DNA of 64,000 bases from contig OZ024742.1 of assembly GCA_964016885.1 (NCBI GenBank), positions 41,726,001 through 41,790,000 of the forward strand, in the 5' to 3' direction. Shown piece after piece: positions 14,302 to 26,825 of the stretch. Source of the DNA: Eledone cirrhosa (lineage: Eukaryota). The notes beneath the pieces are model-generated. The model was given only the letters and a program-made list of their open reading frames with translations, had not been told where the DNA came from and did no database searches. Position 1 is the first letter of the stretch. The number at the start of each line of letters is the position of its first letter. The translations under genes were made by a program, and so were the position numbers.

Positions 14302-16174
14302 GAGTATCTATTCAAATTATTTTCTTTGCTATTTAATATATCAAGGAGGCATTGTACCTAAAATATATTTTATATAATACAAATATGAAGGAGATAATTC
14401 GATCTATTATAGTATATTACGAAAGTTTCAAGTGTCTAGACAGACAAATATGGAAATTCATAGCGTCTGGAGAAGTGTAGAATCCGGAGCTTTGTTGTTC
14501 TGCTGTCCGAAATAATATTTTAGCATATTTTAATGAAGGTATTATTGAAAGAAATTATTATTCAGTTCGGGGGTGGGAGATAAATCAATATTAGACAAAT
14601 GTCTCATATGGGACATTACTATCAGCAACTTTTTCCCTCCTCACATCCTAGATGCCGCAGTGGACATAGGTATCACAGCATCCATAGCCAAACGGAATAC
14701 ATTACTATGATTTATCAACCAAATTACGTTCAGAGGAGATAGGTTGCTGCCAAACGAGGTTCTTGTTATTGTTGACTTTTCACCAACTGATGCCAGTAAA
14801 GGTGTTTGGTTATTCCAGCACCTTAACCTCACTACCACCCGGTCTTAATGAAGTATCAGGTGCTGCTGGTGTGAGTATGTTTTACCATTCCTGCGTTTTA
14901 ACCTCGCTATCACTCACGAAAATGGCGAGTACCATGGCTTGCCTCGAAAACTTTCAGAGAGTATTACCAATAATCCCAGATGTAGTGTCATTGAGTGTAC
15001 ATACCTTTTCCTTTCATCCATTCTTTCGATTCCTTATGACTCGTTTATTTTATATTAATATGTTCCTTTTCTATATCATAAACATATGATTTAATACACA
15101 CATTTTACAAGTGAATAAAAATTTAATTATTTATGAATGTGGGCTTTATTCTGATCTGAACAGATGATAGCATTCGTAATAGAAATGGTGTCCTTCCCAA
15201 CTGATTTATACATAATACACCATTGTCATGATGGGTTATTTTTTGTCCAACCTACAATTATTTTTAAATCTTACACTACAGTGCTTCTAACAATATCATT
15301 AAAACAGAAATCTGAACAACCTAGGAAACATCTTGAAATAGACTGAAGGATATGAAAATCTAGTTTAATCTTAAACCAGACATAACCGACATGTATTCAA
15401 GCATTATGTAGATAGTGATTCTGTTATTGTATGAATAAGGAAGGAAGGTGATAACTTGAGAACAGGCACAATTAGCCAAGCATATAATATAGAATGAATA
15501 GAAGTAAACACACACAAATGTACAGCAGGTCCGAACAGACATTATGGAAGCATTTTAACAGTGTCAATTGTTTGTGTTGTTGGTTGGTCATTGTGACTAC
15601 TATTTATCAAATGGTCGAAGTGATTGATGTTGATGACAAGAGATTGCTGTGGTAAAAGCGATTTCTCCAAAGCATTGACACAGAATAACAAGGAAACAGA
15701 ACTGATACTTTAGATATTTATTTCTTACCATGGAATTCGACAAAACCTTGTGACAAACAAAAACACAAACAGGAATATCCAAAATTTTGAATTAACAATA
15801 AGTGTGTCAACATGGCAAATTGTAGAGTATTTTTGATGATGTACATGTATTTAGATGTAGTGGAATTTGTTAGCATTTTGTATTGCAGAGAGAAAGACTG
15901 AATGTCAAAATACAGATTTATTAACCTCTAGTGGCAATGACTTGGTTGAAGCAGCGCCATAAATTCCAGCACTACTACACAAAGTCAGCAGTCAATTGTT
16001 TCAGAGACCAACTGAGGATGATGGAAAGTGTGTGGTGTCATATACTCATAGGTGTCATTGTGATTATTTTCGTCTGAGTTGGTGAATGTGGCATTTATGA
16101 AAATACACCAACCACCACATTTTCGTACAGCAGATTTAACCTTGGAATAATTTTGCTACAGCATATTTGGCATC

Positions 16175-16420
16175 ATGACAAAAAGCACCCAGTGGTCGTG
16201 TAGGTGTCACAACAAAAAGCACCCAGCCCACACTAAAGTGGCCATGAAGGTATCACGACAAAAAGCTCCCAGTACTCACTGTAAATGAGGCTGGTGTTAG
16301 GAAGGGCATCCAGTTTTGTATGAGCAAGACATGGTCATCTGACCTAGAATTGCCTGTCACAGGACAGCTCATCTAACCCATGCTAGCATGGAAAAATGAA
16401 CGTAAAATGGTATTGATGAA
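16175..16420 (+). mobile_element. Degenerate RTE/SINE-B 3' tail
   Basis: aaaagcacccag repeats, ggtgttaggaagggcatccag, aacccatgctagcatggaaaa. Confidence 0.7.
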
Positions 16421-17287
16421 CAGAGATATATGAAAGTATATACAATTTGTTTATGTATAATAAACATATATATGTCTGACTATGGGTGTTTTGTTGTGTG
16501 TAATTAACTAATTATCAATTTCTGCCATCAACTCTCTACCCATAAATAACTTCCATGTCAATATTTCCTTGAGGCTTATCTTTTATACTGTCTTTTTATT
16601 TCAGGTTATCTTGAGACAGACCCTTCTGGCCTAACAACATACAGCAACTAACTTGATATTTAAAAAACAATGGCATTATCAAGAATACAAGTGACACTGT
16701 ATATCTGTGATAAGATTACTGGAAAATATTACCATATTGTAGAATATTCTGCAAAGCAAGTAATAGAAAATCTCCAACATATAGAATGAAACATTACAAA
16801 CCAGTGAGATTTTAGTTAATAACCTTTGTGCAAATATTTTTATAGAAGACTTTCCTAACCATGTATAACATCTGGCTGGTATATGATATAAAACAGATTT
16901 CTTTAGAAGTAGTAAATATTACAACAGTGTGATTTACAATTATCTTTGAAATGTTACAAAATATTCTCAAATACAAAGTAACATAACATTATTGAATATC
17001 TGCTTTCATCTAGTTTCTGTGATGTTACACAAGATTATATTGTAATTAGCAGATCATATCAGCAATGATAATACCAATGGGAACATTGCATCTTTGGTTG
17101 GATCTGATAATCAACTCTTTGCTTTTTTTTTATTGTATCAACTGTGACACAGAAATACATACCATTGTTGCTTTAATCCAGAAGTCAGAACAATTTCGTG
17201 TCATATGCCACTTTCATCAACTCAGACAAAACTAGTTATGATGACACCTATGGGTATATAAGTAATAATTCGTACACATTCTTCCGA

Positions 17288-18547
17288 CTAATTTTCTTGT
17301 TTTATAGTGTGTGCTTCATGAAACTTTTGATTATGATGAGTCAAACTTCTTTTCTTAGAGTAAGATTTACCACAGATGTCACAACAATATGGTTTCACAC
17401 CTGTGTGAACAGGTTTGTGACGAGTTAAACTCTGATTATCAACATATGATTTACCACAAATATCACAACTGTATGGTTTTACACCTGTGTGAATACGAAC
17501 ATGAATTGTTAAATGACCTCTCTGTGAGAATGTTTTACCACAGATATCACAACGAAATGGATTATCACCTGTATGAATACGTACATGTTGAGTTAAATGA
17601 CCATTCTGAGCAAATGTTTTACCACAGATATCACAGTGGTATGGTTTCTCACCCGTGTGCATGCGTATATGTATAGTCAAACTATTATTCGCAGAGAATC
17701 TTTTTCCACAGATATCACAGTGGTATGGGCTATCACCAGTGTGCAAGCGAATATGTCTTGCTAATGCAGTATTACCAGATAATGTTTTCCCACAAACATA
17801 ACAACAGAAAGGTTTATCCCCCATGTGAACTTGTTTGTGACTCGTCAAATTATATACAGAAAAAGTTTTCCCACAGATATCATCAGTGTGTGTACGTTTG
17901 TGCTTAGTCATGTTACCTCTTTGGCAGAAAGTTTTCCCACAAACATCACAGTAATATGGCTTTTCACTTGTGTGAATGTATTTGTGTCTATTTAAATCAG
18001 AAGTTCGAGAAAATGTCTTAGCACAAACACTACATTGATATGGTTTCTCTCCTGTATGGATACGTTTGTGAACAGTCAATTCACTATTTTGAGAGAATGT
18101 TTTTCCACAGATATCACAGTGATATGGTTTCTCACCTGAGTGAGTATATTTATGTTTAATCAAATGAGCTTGCTGAGAGAATGCTCTATCACAAATATCA
18201 CAGTGGTATGGTTTTTCACCTGTGTGAATACGTTTATGTTTGGTCAAATTACCATTTCCAGAGAACATTTTGCCACAGATTATGCATTGGTAAACTTTCC
18301 CATTTTTATGCAAAGACAAAGAACTATTTTTAGTAACTCTTTTACTGAGAAGTTTTATATATTTAAGTTTTGAGCCTCTGTGAACTAATTTTTTCTTAAA
18401 TACAGTATTAGATTGTATGACTGTCTTTTTGTCAATGTCAAAGTGATATGATTTCTTCTTTGTATCTCCATAGGTATCATGAGATATGTCATTAGGTTCA
18501 GACTTTATTTCATCACAAACTGAACTTTCACACAGTTTATCCTCCAT
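17288..18547 (-). CDS. C2H2 zinc-finger protein C (11 intact fingers plus 1 with in-frame deletion)
   Basis: 419-aa ORF; ~85-aa N-terminal region then tandem C2H2 fingers; upstream acceptor at ~18830. Confidence 0.93.
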   Translation of the reverse strand: MEDKLCESSVCDEIKSEPNDISHDTYGDTKKKSYHFDIDKKTVIQSNTVFKKKLVHRGSKLKYIKLLSKRVTKNSSLSLHKNGKVYQCIICGKMFSGNGNLTKHKRIHTGEKPYHCDICDRAFSQQAHLIKHKYTHSGEKPYHCDICGKTFSQNSELTVHKRIHTGEKPYQCSVCAKTFSRTSDLNRHKYIHTSEKPYYCDVCGKTFCQRGNMTKHKRTHTDDICGKTFSVYNLTSHKQVHMGDKPFCCYVCGKTLSGNTALARHIRLHTGDSPYHCDICGKRFSANNSLTIHIRMHTGEKPYHCDICGKTFAQNGHLTQHVRIHTGDNPFRCDICGKTFSQRGHLTIHVRIHTGVKPYSCDICGKSYVDNQSLTRHKPVHTGVKPYCCDICGKSYSKKRSLTHHNQKFHEAHTIKQEN

Positions 18548-18954
18548 AATTTTCTTAGAACTATTAAAGATAATTCTGTTATTTTGAAATGTTTAATGTT
18601 TGAAACCTCTTGACTCCAGTTTTCATGATATACCCTGATATGAAAAACATTACATATATACAAACAGAATCTTCATGCTAAATAGCTCTATTATAATCTC
18701 CATTAAAATCAAAGTTACAGAGAACAGATACTTGTGCTCTTGATAATGTCAGTTTTCTGGTTTCAAAATCTGACAAATTTCTTGATTAATCTTGAATCAA
18801 CAATTACCATCTCAATGTCACCGTAAACCCTGAAATAAAAATATGTAAGGTAGAAAGGACAATGAACAGAACACAACTATGTATATGTAGTGTAAATATA
18901 TGTGATGGAGAAAGAATATCGGAATGTTTTTAGTGGGTATATGTATGATCAGTT

Positions 18955-20585
18955 GACTTTCCAGGAATGCGAGGCAATGTGCCAGGGGAAATTGTGATGT
19001 CATTGGGGAGAAGTGTGTTCATTATGATAACAGAGTACTCGCCCTCACTGATAAGAAGGTAGCATGGAAGCGCCACTTTGAAAGACTACTAAATGGGGAG
19101 AATGAATGGGATGAAGATAGTTGCCCCAAATTGACCTAACAGGAACTGGCTGTGCAAGTTAGCAGTAGTATAGTAAGTAAGGCAAAGCAGCTGGACCTTT
19201 GAGATAGTTGCCGAGATGGTGGGTGATACCATGGCCACCCGTATTGTAAACTAAGTAATACAAAACTGCATCATACCCAATGATTAGCATAGCAGCATCA
19301 TTGTTGACTGCTACAAGGGCAAAGGAGGTGCTCTAGATAGAGAAAACTATAGAAGCATTAAGTTGGTTGACCAGGTCATGAAGGTCACAGAAAGAGTTAT
19401 TGCACAGCTGATTAGGGACTGACTTAACCTAGATGAAATGCAGTTTGGATTTGTGCCAAGTAAAAATACTACGAATGCTCTCTTCCTTGTGAGGCAACTG
19501 CAAAAGTACCTAACTAAAAGTAAACCCCTCTACTTCCCTTTTGTTCATGTAGACAAAGCCTTTGAGTCGCCTGTTCCATTATCTGGTGGGCTCTTAGAAA
19601 ATTAAAAGTACATGAAAACTATACAAGCCATGTATAGAGGAACAGTCAGCAAGTTAGAATTAACAATAACTATAGTGAAGAATTTAGCATGCTGGTAGGT
19701 GTCCATCAGGGCTCTGTCCTTAGCCCTCTCCTGTTTATTATCACCCTATTGGCTTTAACAGGAGTTTAAGACTGGCTGCCCATGGAAACTTCTGTATGCA
19801 GATGATCTAATAGCTGAATTCCAAACCTGGAGCATGGCCTAGAATCAAAAGCTTCTTAAAGTTAATTTGTCAAAGACTAAAGTCCTAGTATGTAAAAAGG
19901 AAAACAGGGCCTGTATGCTCCGTTGGATGTGTAATAGTAATATACATGAACGGCAAAGTGTAAATGAACTGAGAGAGAAACTAGGCATAAGAGGGAACAG
20001 ATGCAGTGTGCAGTAAACAAAATTGTGTTGGTATGGACATGTGATGCGTATGAAGGATGACAGCTGTATAAAAAGGTGCAGAGTACTCAAAGTTGATGGA
20101 AGCTATGGAGTAAGAAGACCCAGTAAGACTTCGGATGGGGTGATAAAAGCTGACCTTACACAATTGTACCTCTTAAAGGCGATGACACAGAACTGAGATC
20201 TCTGGTGTTATGCAGTAATACAGAAGACCCACCTTCCCATGAGCACAGACTGAAGCATACATCTAGTATGTACCATTTCGCCTTCATACACCTTCCACGT
20301 CCTAACACCCCACCAATGTCCGAATATTCTGCCCCTATACCTACCTCCTCAATCCCCACACACCTCCTTCAGTCCCCAGCCCACACTGTAAAGTGGTCAT
20401 GAAGGTGTCATGACAAAAATCATCCAGCACACACTGTAAATGTGGTTGACGTTAGGAAAGGCATCAAGCCAGAAACAGTTCAGTATGAGCAAGACATGTG
20501 ACCTGACTCAACTTGCTTCAAATAGAATAACTCAAATAGAATAATCCATGCAAGCGTGGGAAATAGACGTTAAAGGATGATGATA
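18955..20585 (+). mobile_element. Decayed RTE LINE in ZNF-C intron 1
   Basis: Colinear with 10820-12700 and 53515-55170 with stops and frameshifts; deletion at ~19908 removes the PHD region; SINE-like 3' UTR and ATG tail. Confidence 0.9.
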
Positions 20586-20677
20586 CACATATATATACAT
20601 ATCTATATACCAACACGAAGTTGTCTTCCTCACTGATTAACGCATGTGTGCACTCTAACCAGTTGGGTTTTAATTTT

Positions 20678-21053
20678 AATAATTGATTCTACTTTTGGCA
20701 CAAGGCCACCAATTACCCCAGTGCATTACTGGTACTTTATTTTATCGACCTCGTAAGGATGAAAGGCAAAGTTAACCTCAGCGAGATTTGAACTCAGAAC
20801 GTAAAGGGCCATAACTGCTGCAAAGCATGGTGTCTGACGCTCTACCGATACTGCCAATCCACGGCCCTATACATATATATATAATTGTTTCTACTTTTGG
20901 CACAAGGCCAGCAATTATTCCACTTTATTTTATCGTAAGGATGAAAGACAAAGTTATCCTCGGCGGGATTTGAACTCAGACCCTAAAGGGGCGTAACTCT
21001 ATGCTGCAAAGCATGGCGTCCGACCCTCTATCAATACTGCCAATCCACCGCCT
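20678..21053 (-). mobile_element. Two adjacent family-A SINEs
   Basis: Reverse complements of the 578-758 consensus at ~20678-20868 and ~20882-21053. Confidence 0.9.
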
Positions 21054-21837
21054 TGAGAGGGAAACATTACATTTATGTGTATAAATATTTGTAATTATGA
21101 TATATAGAGACAAGTTAACAATTAACCACTGAACATGGTATACACAAAACACCCGGAACTATTCAGTATTTAAAACATCAAGGTAGTATACAAAATAAAC
21201 AGGTGTTTAAATCCCACAATTAACTACCTTGATTATGTCACTGATATCCTTCCATAGTTATGTCAATTGCTTCTGAACCTGTTTTCGCCTTTTATGCCGG
21301 AAATCACATATCAGACAATATACTCCGAGATAAGCGGTGAATTAGAATATTACTTTTTAAATATATAAGATACCTAAGTTGGTGAATATGGTATATAAGT
21401 GGCATTTTGAGGTGAATAAATAAAGTGCCGAACAAGTGCTTCGGTTGATCCTCTCTATCTCTCTCCGGGAGAAATTGTGTTCTGGCCTAGAGAAGGGTGG
21501 GCTTCGCGATAAATGTCCAAGACACGGTGTATATCACGACGGCCACCCGACGACTCCATTAGGAATCAAAAGAATCCTCCTAGATACTCCGTAAAAAGAC
21601 CAGATGGTCACGGCTGGAATGTTTACAGTGACTAATCTTCTCAAACAGGACTAAATAACAATAACACTAGAAATAAATTACAGATTTACGGTTTTCTTTG
21701 TTTTTCGCCTCACTATTTAGTATGAAGAAAGAGACGGTGAGTCTGTTGATATACTTACTACATGTTCATTCAACGCACTTCTCAGAGAATACAGAACAAA
21801 CTAAGTGATACACAGAACATATTAATATATCAAATCT

Positions 21838-21857
21838 TCAGCCGTGTTTTCGTAAAA
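21838..21857 (-). promoter_or_regulatory. Conserved upstream motif of ZNF-C
   Basis: Minus strand ttttacgaaaacacggctga; candidate donor gtaagt at ~21758. Confidence 0.55.
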
Positions 21858-21992
21858 AACATGTTTTCTTTTAATTCATCTTAGAAATTTGTTTCGCCAA
21901 ATAGTGACAAAATACACATATGTTGATTTCTTGTACTCAATACATAAGCAGAGTTTTAATATTCGTTTTATTAAAACTAAATAGTGAGTTTT

Positions 21993-22034
21993 GTTACTCT
22001 GGAGTTTCGCCTGTTTATCACAGGATCTCATCAG
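21993..22034 (-). ncRNA. Minimal hammerhead ribozyme core (stem I disrupted)
   Basis: Minus strand CTGATGA-g(at)cctg-tgataaa-caggc-GAAA-ctc-ca-gag-TA; GUA cleavage triplet. Confidence 0.65.
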
Positions 22035-22160
22035 TTTCGCCTGTTTATCACTGAATCATGTTTTGAGCTCTTTTAGCAGCAAATGCTATTTATCACTTTA
22101 AAATTCTGTCAATGAAACCACACACCATTTGGTTTTATATTTCGGGTCTATTATTAGTTA

Positions 22161-24117
22161 GGGCGGTGGATTGGCAGTATCGGTAGAGGGTGGGACGCCA
22201 TGCTTTGATGCATAGAGTTACAGCCCTTTCCAATCTGAGTTCAAATCCCGCCGAGGTTAACTTTGCCTTTCATCCTTACGGGGTCGATAAAATAAAGTAC
22301 CAGTAATGCACTGGGGTAATTTGCTGGCCTTGTACCAAAAGTAGAAACAATTATTAGTTAGGTAACTAGGGTGGCGGATTAGCACAATCGATAGAGCGTT
22401 CAACACCATGCTTAGTGGCATAGAGTTACGGCCCTTTGTGTTCTGAGTTCAAATTCCGCCGAGGTTAGCTTTGCCTTTCATCTTTGCGGGATTGATAAAA
22501 TAAAGTACCAGTCACGTACTGCGATCGATTTAATCAACTGTGCCTATATCAGAAACAATTATTAGTTCGGTGGATTGGCAGTATCGGTAGAGGGTCGGAC
22601 GCCATGCTTTCCAGCATAGTTACGTCCCTTTACGATCTGAGTTCAAATCCCGCCGAGGTTGACTATGCCTTTCATCCTTACGGGGTCGATAAAATAAAGT
22701 ACCAGTAATACACTGGGATAATTACTGGCCTTGTGCCAAAAGTAGAAACAATTATTAGTTAGGTAATTAGGGACGGTGAATTGGCAGTATCGGTAGAGGG
22801 TCGGACGCTATGCTTTGACGCATAGAGTTACGGCCCTTGCCATTCTGAGTTCAAATCCCGCCGAGGTTAACTTTGCCTTTCATCCTTACTGGGTCGATAA
22901 AATAAAGTACCAGTAATATACTGAGTATTTGCTGGCCTTGTGCCAATAGTAGAAACAATTATTAGCTAGGTAATTTCTTTTACGATCTGAATTCAAATCC
23001 CACTGTTGTTAACTTTACCTTTCATTCTTCCAGGGTCGATAAAAAAGTATCAGTCAAGTATTTGAGTCGATTTACCCCTCCCCATAAATTGATAGCGTAC
23101 GCCTAAATTAGAAACAATTATTAGTAAGGGCGATGGATTGGCAGTATCGGTAGAGGGTCGGACGCCATGCTTTGACGCGTAGAGTTACGGCCCTTGCCAT
23201 TCTGAGTTCAAATCCCGCCGAGGTTAACTTTGCCTTTCATCCTTATGGGGTCGATAAAATAAAGTACCAGTAATACACTGAGATAATTGCTGGGCTTGTG
23301 CCAAAAGTAGAAACAATTATTAATAAGAGGCGGTGAATTGCCAGTTTCGATAGAGGGTCGGACGCCATGCTTTCCAGCATAGTTACGTCCCTTTACGGTC
23401 TGAGTTCAAATCCCGTCGAGGTTAACTTTGCCTTTCATCCTTACCGGGTCGATAAAATAAAGTATCAGTAATGAACTGGTTAATTGCTGGCCTTGTGCCA
23501 AAAGTAGGAACAATTATTAGTAAGGCAGTGGATTGGCAGTATCGGTAGAGGGTCGGACGCCAAGCATAGAGTTACGGCCCTTGCCATTCTGAGTTCAAAT
23601 CCCGCCGAGGTTAACTTTGCATTTCATCCTTACGGGGGTCGATTAAATAAAGTACCACTGGGATAATTGCTGGCCTTGTGTCAAAAGTAGAAACAATTAT
23701 TAGTAGGGCAATTCATAAAAGTTACGGCCCTTTATGATCTCAGTTCAAATCCCACCGAGGTTAACTTTGCCTTTCATCCTTACGGAGTCGATAAAATAAA
23801 GTACCAGTCACGTACTGAGTTCGATTTAATCGACTTTCCCCTCCCCCAAAATTGCTGGCCTTGTGCCTATATAAGAAACAATTATTAGTAGGGCAATTGA
23901 TTGACAGCATCGATAGAGCATCGGACAGTATGCTTTGTGACATAGAGTTACGACCCTTTAAGTTCTGAGTTCAAATCTCGCCATAGTTAGCTTTGCCATT
24001 CATCTTTACGGGATCAATAAAATAAAGGACCAGTAATGTAGTGGGTAGATTCTATCGACTTTTCCCCTTCCCTTAAAATTGCTGGCCTTGAACCAAATGT
24101 AGAAACAATTATTAGTT
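22161..24117 (+). repeat. Head-to-tail array of 10 family-A SINE copies
   Basis: Units start ~22161, 22369, 22568, 22769, 22975, 23128, 23328, 23523, 23706, 23891; each ends gaaacaattatta. Confidence 0.95.
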
Positions 24118-24881
24118 GGGCATTTAATCCATTACTCCGTTAGTTTTGTAACTGGGTGGTCATTTAATTATCAAAGTTTTTTTGTTAAACATTCTGTGAC
24201 CTTCTCAATTGTTATTCTCTCCTCTTCGTTTTAATTTTGTTTTATTTACTCCAACTTATCTCCTTCAATACACTCACTTTTGAGCACATATTCACTGCGA
24301 AACGGTGCTTTAATATAGTTTTACGAAACTACGCCATATTTTCGTATCACACACAATTTGTCTATATTGAGAGAGTAAGTGTGAAAAAGGTCACTCTGGG
24401 GATTCGAACTGTCTCTCTCCCGGCACAGTGTTGATGATTTCGACTACTGGCTTAGCAGTCGGCTGAAATCATCAAGCCCGTAGTCGAATTGCAATATCCC
24501 TAGCAACACAGCTGACTCTTATCCTCTTAAGTTATTAGCACTCGCCGTCTATCTTTCTTTTACATCATGTTTCCAAGTACACACAAAAAATAAATAAATA
24601 AAATAAAAACGATGAAAAAAAAAAGGTTAAAAAAACTTCGGGATATGGGGGAATCCGAATGTCCCCCGTATCTCCCTCCCCTTTCCGGGGAAAAAGTCCT
24701 TTGCCAAATATTGGGAGGTAAGTTTGATCGCATACGGAGAAAAAAAAGGAAAAAAATTATTTTCCACTGAAATTGGCAGGAGAGTTCTATAAATTTACCA
24801 AATATATATATTGGTGCCGGACTGATAATTTTGATTGATTTTGAATTCGTGAACTTTCTTTTATTCTTCCTTGCCTAGAGA

Positions 24882-24901
24882 TTTTACCAATGTGCGGCTG
24901 A
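24882..24901 (+). promoter_or_regulatory. Conserved upstream motif of ZNF-D
   Basis: ttttaccaatgtgcggctga; candidate donor caca|gtaagt at 25066; exon-2 acceptor at 29541. Confidence 0.5.
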
Positions 24902-25252
24902 TAATTTGACAAACTGAGTAGGTCTATGTTAAAGTATATCACTTAGTTTTTCCTGGTTGTTAACAATTTTACTATATTGACGTAATGTATGTTTTATGTC
25001 TGTTAAAATTGACAGATATATTCATCTCTCAATATTATTTCATTAAATAGTGAGAAAGACCCACAGTAAGTTGATCTATTGTTAAATTTGTTGTTTTAGT
25101 ATTTCTCATGTAAACATCTCTACTGTAACAACAACACAGTTTGTATTGAGGGTGAGCTGTTCGTTACATCCAGTGTTAATCTCTATTGAAAAGTTAACAC
25201 CACTAATTTTGACATATTGTCCTAATGTCCCCTTCACTGTTATTCTTTCTTT

Positions 25253-26274
25253 ACTAGACCTGAAAAATGCGCAAGCTCAAAAGAGCCACAGAATGTTATA
25301 ATAAACCTTCAAAAATGTGGGACTAGAGTTGTTGCTCAAAAATATTGTAATCATTATCTATCGTACACTCTGTGGCATTGTTTTATAAAAAAAGAGACTC
25401 ATAACGAACTCAAGACGACACGATAATTATTTAAGTTAATTTATAATATAGAATTCGGTTTAAGTGCATTTCGTATTAATCATTACTAAACATCTAATAT
25501 GAGATATTGAACATTAGCTTAAACCAACTATGCCTTTCTTTTTACACTATTTCACTTAGTTCATTCTTAGAGCGTAACAAATAAAAATATGATTTACAAC
25601 TATGAAATAAATTAATTATTATAATAACAGGGCTGCGGAGCCGAAATTTAGGAAATAATGGAGTATCGGATCTGGAGTTGGAGCCAGTCAATTTTTGGCC
25701 GACTTCGCAGCCCTGTATAATACATTTCATATTAAAGTTAGTAATAAACCTATTTTACACTGCAGGCAAATTACCATGAGATCATGATATTAGATACAGC
25801 CGAATATCTACATCTGTAAAAGTACGAAAGCGAAGTAATGATAAGTGGCTTAAGGTAATTCCAATATGAAAGTTTAGTGATAAAAATTTGATGACACAAT
25901 ACGATTGTTAATGTTATAGTTCGATGAAAATGTAACAATATATAACTAAATTATTTTAATATTGGTATATTTATAAAATTATCATTTTAGATTTGATCGT
26001 TCATATAAGCATCATATTAATTTTCAACACAATTATTTTGTTACTATATGATAATAACATTACGTAATTATTTATAGCTGTTATATTCTGTAGAGTCGTA
26101 GAATAAAAATTAAACAAAGATGTATTTATTGTGATATTTTTATAAAGGATGCCACAGAATGTACGATAGATAATGATTACAATATTTTTGAGCAACAACT
26201 CTAGTCCCACACTTTTGAAGGTTTATTATAACATTCTGTGGCTCGTTTGAGCTTGCACATTTTTCAGGTGTAGT
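25253..26274. mobile_element. ~1-kb non-autonomous DNA element with ~135-bp terminal inverted repeats
   Basis: 25253-25390 is the reverse complement of 26140-26274 (actagacctgaaaaatg / catttttcaggtgtagt); interrupts intron sequence shared with the paralogs. Confidence 0.85.
25628..25715. mobile_element. 88-bp hAT-type MITE
   Basis: TIR cagggctgcg / cgcagccctg; 8-bp TSD tataataa / tataatac. Confidence 0.8.
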
Positions 26275-26689
26275 TTAATATTTTTTTAAAGCAACGCTTG
26301 TAATAACTCTAGTTAAACATGATATATATTAATAATAAATTATCGTTGTAATGTAATTAGATTATATAATTGTTATTATAAATGATCTTATAAATATTAT
26401 TGTAAGATGTATAAAAATATTTTCAGACTTTTAAAAAACTACAAAAAACAATCAATATTAAATAAATATATTTTACATAATAATTGTTATAGTTGAATTA
26501 ATAAAAATTAAATATTACATACAAAAATTATTTTAACAAATTTTTACAAACAAAGTGCAGTTTGTATTATAATCCGAACCCTGCCTATATTCCATTGCAC
26601 TATATAAAGAGGAACAAGATACAAAGATAGCCATGAATACAGTGTTGTAAACTGTACCAAGATTTCTATACTGTACCAGTGTGTACTGT

Positions 26690-26825
26690 ACTGTACTAAA
26701 GTATAGTACAGAAAGAAAAAAATTGTGCCTTGGTAAAGTACAGTATAGTACAGAAAGAAAAAAATTGTGCCTTGGTAAAGTACAGTATAGTACAGAAAGA
26801 ACAAATTGTACCTTGGTACAGAATA
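26690..26825. repeat. ~43-bp minisatellite, about 3 copies
   Basis: agtatagtacagaaagaaaaaaattgtgccttggtaaagtac repeated. Confidence 0.85.

Noticed and set aside
14400-15090. Possible PLE remnant (also ~33100-33530)
   Set aside because: Only weak motif and compositional resemblance; too degraded to call.
22161-24117. CRISPR-like array or tRNA gene cluster
   Set aside because: Units are ~200-bp SINE copies also dispersed elsewhere; no unique spacers, no cas genes, no full cloverleaf.
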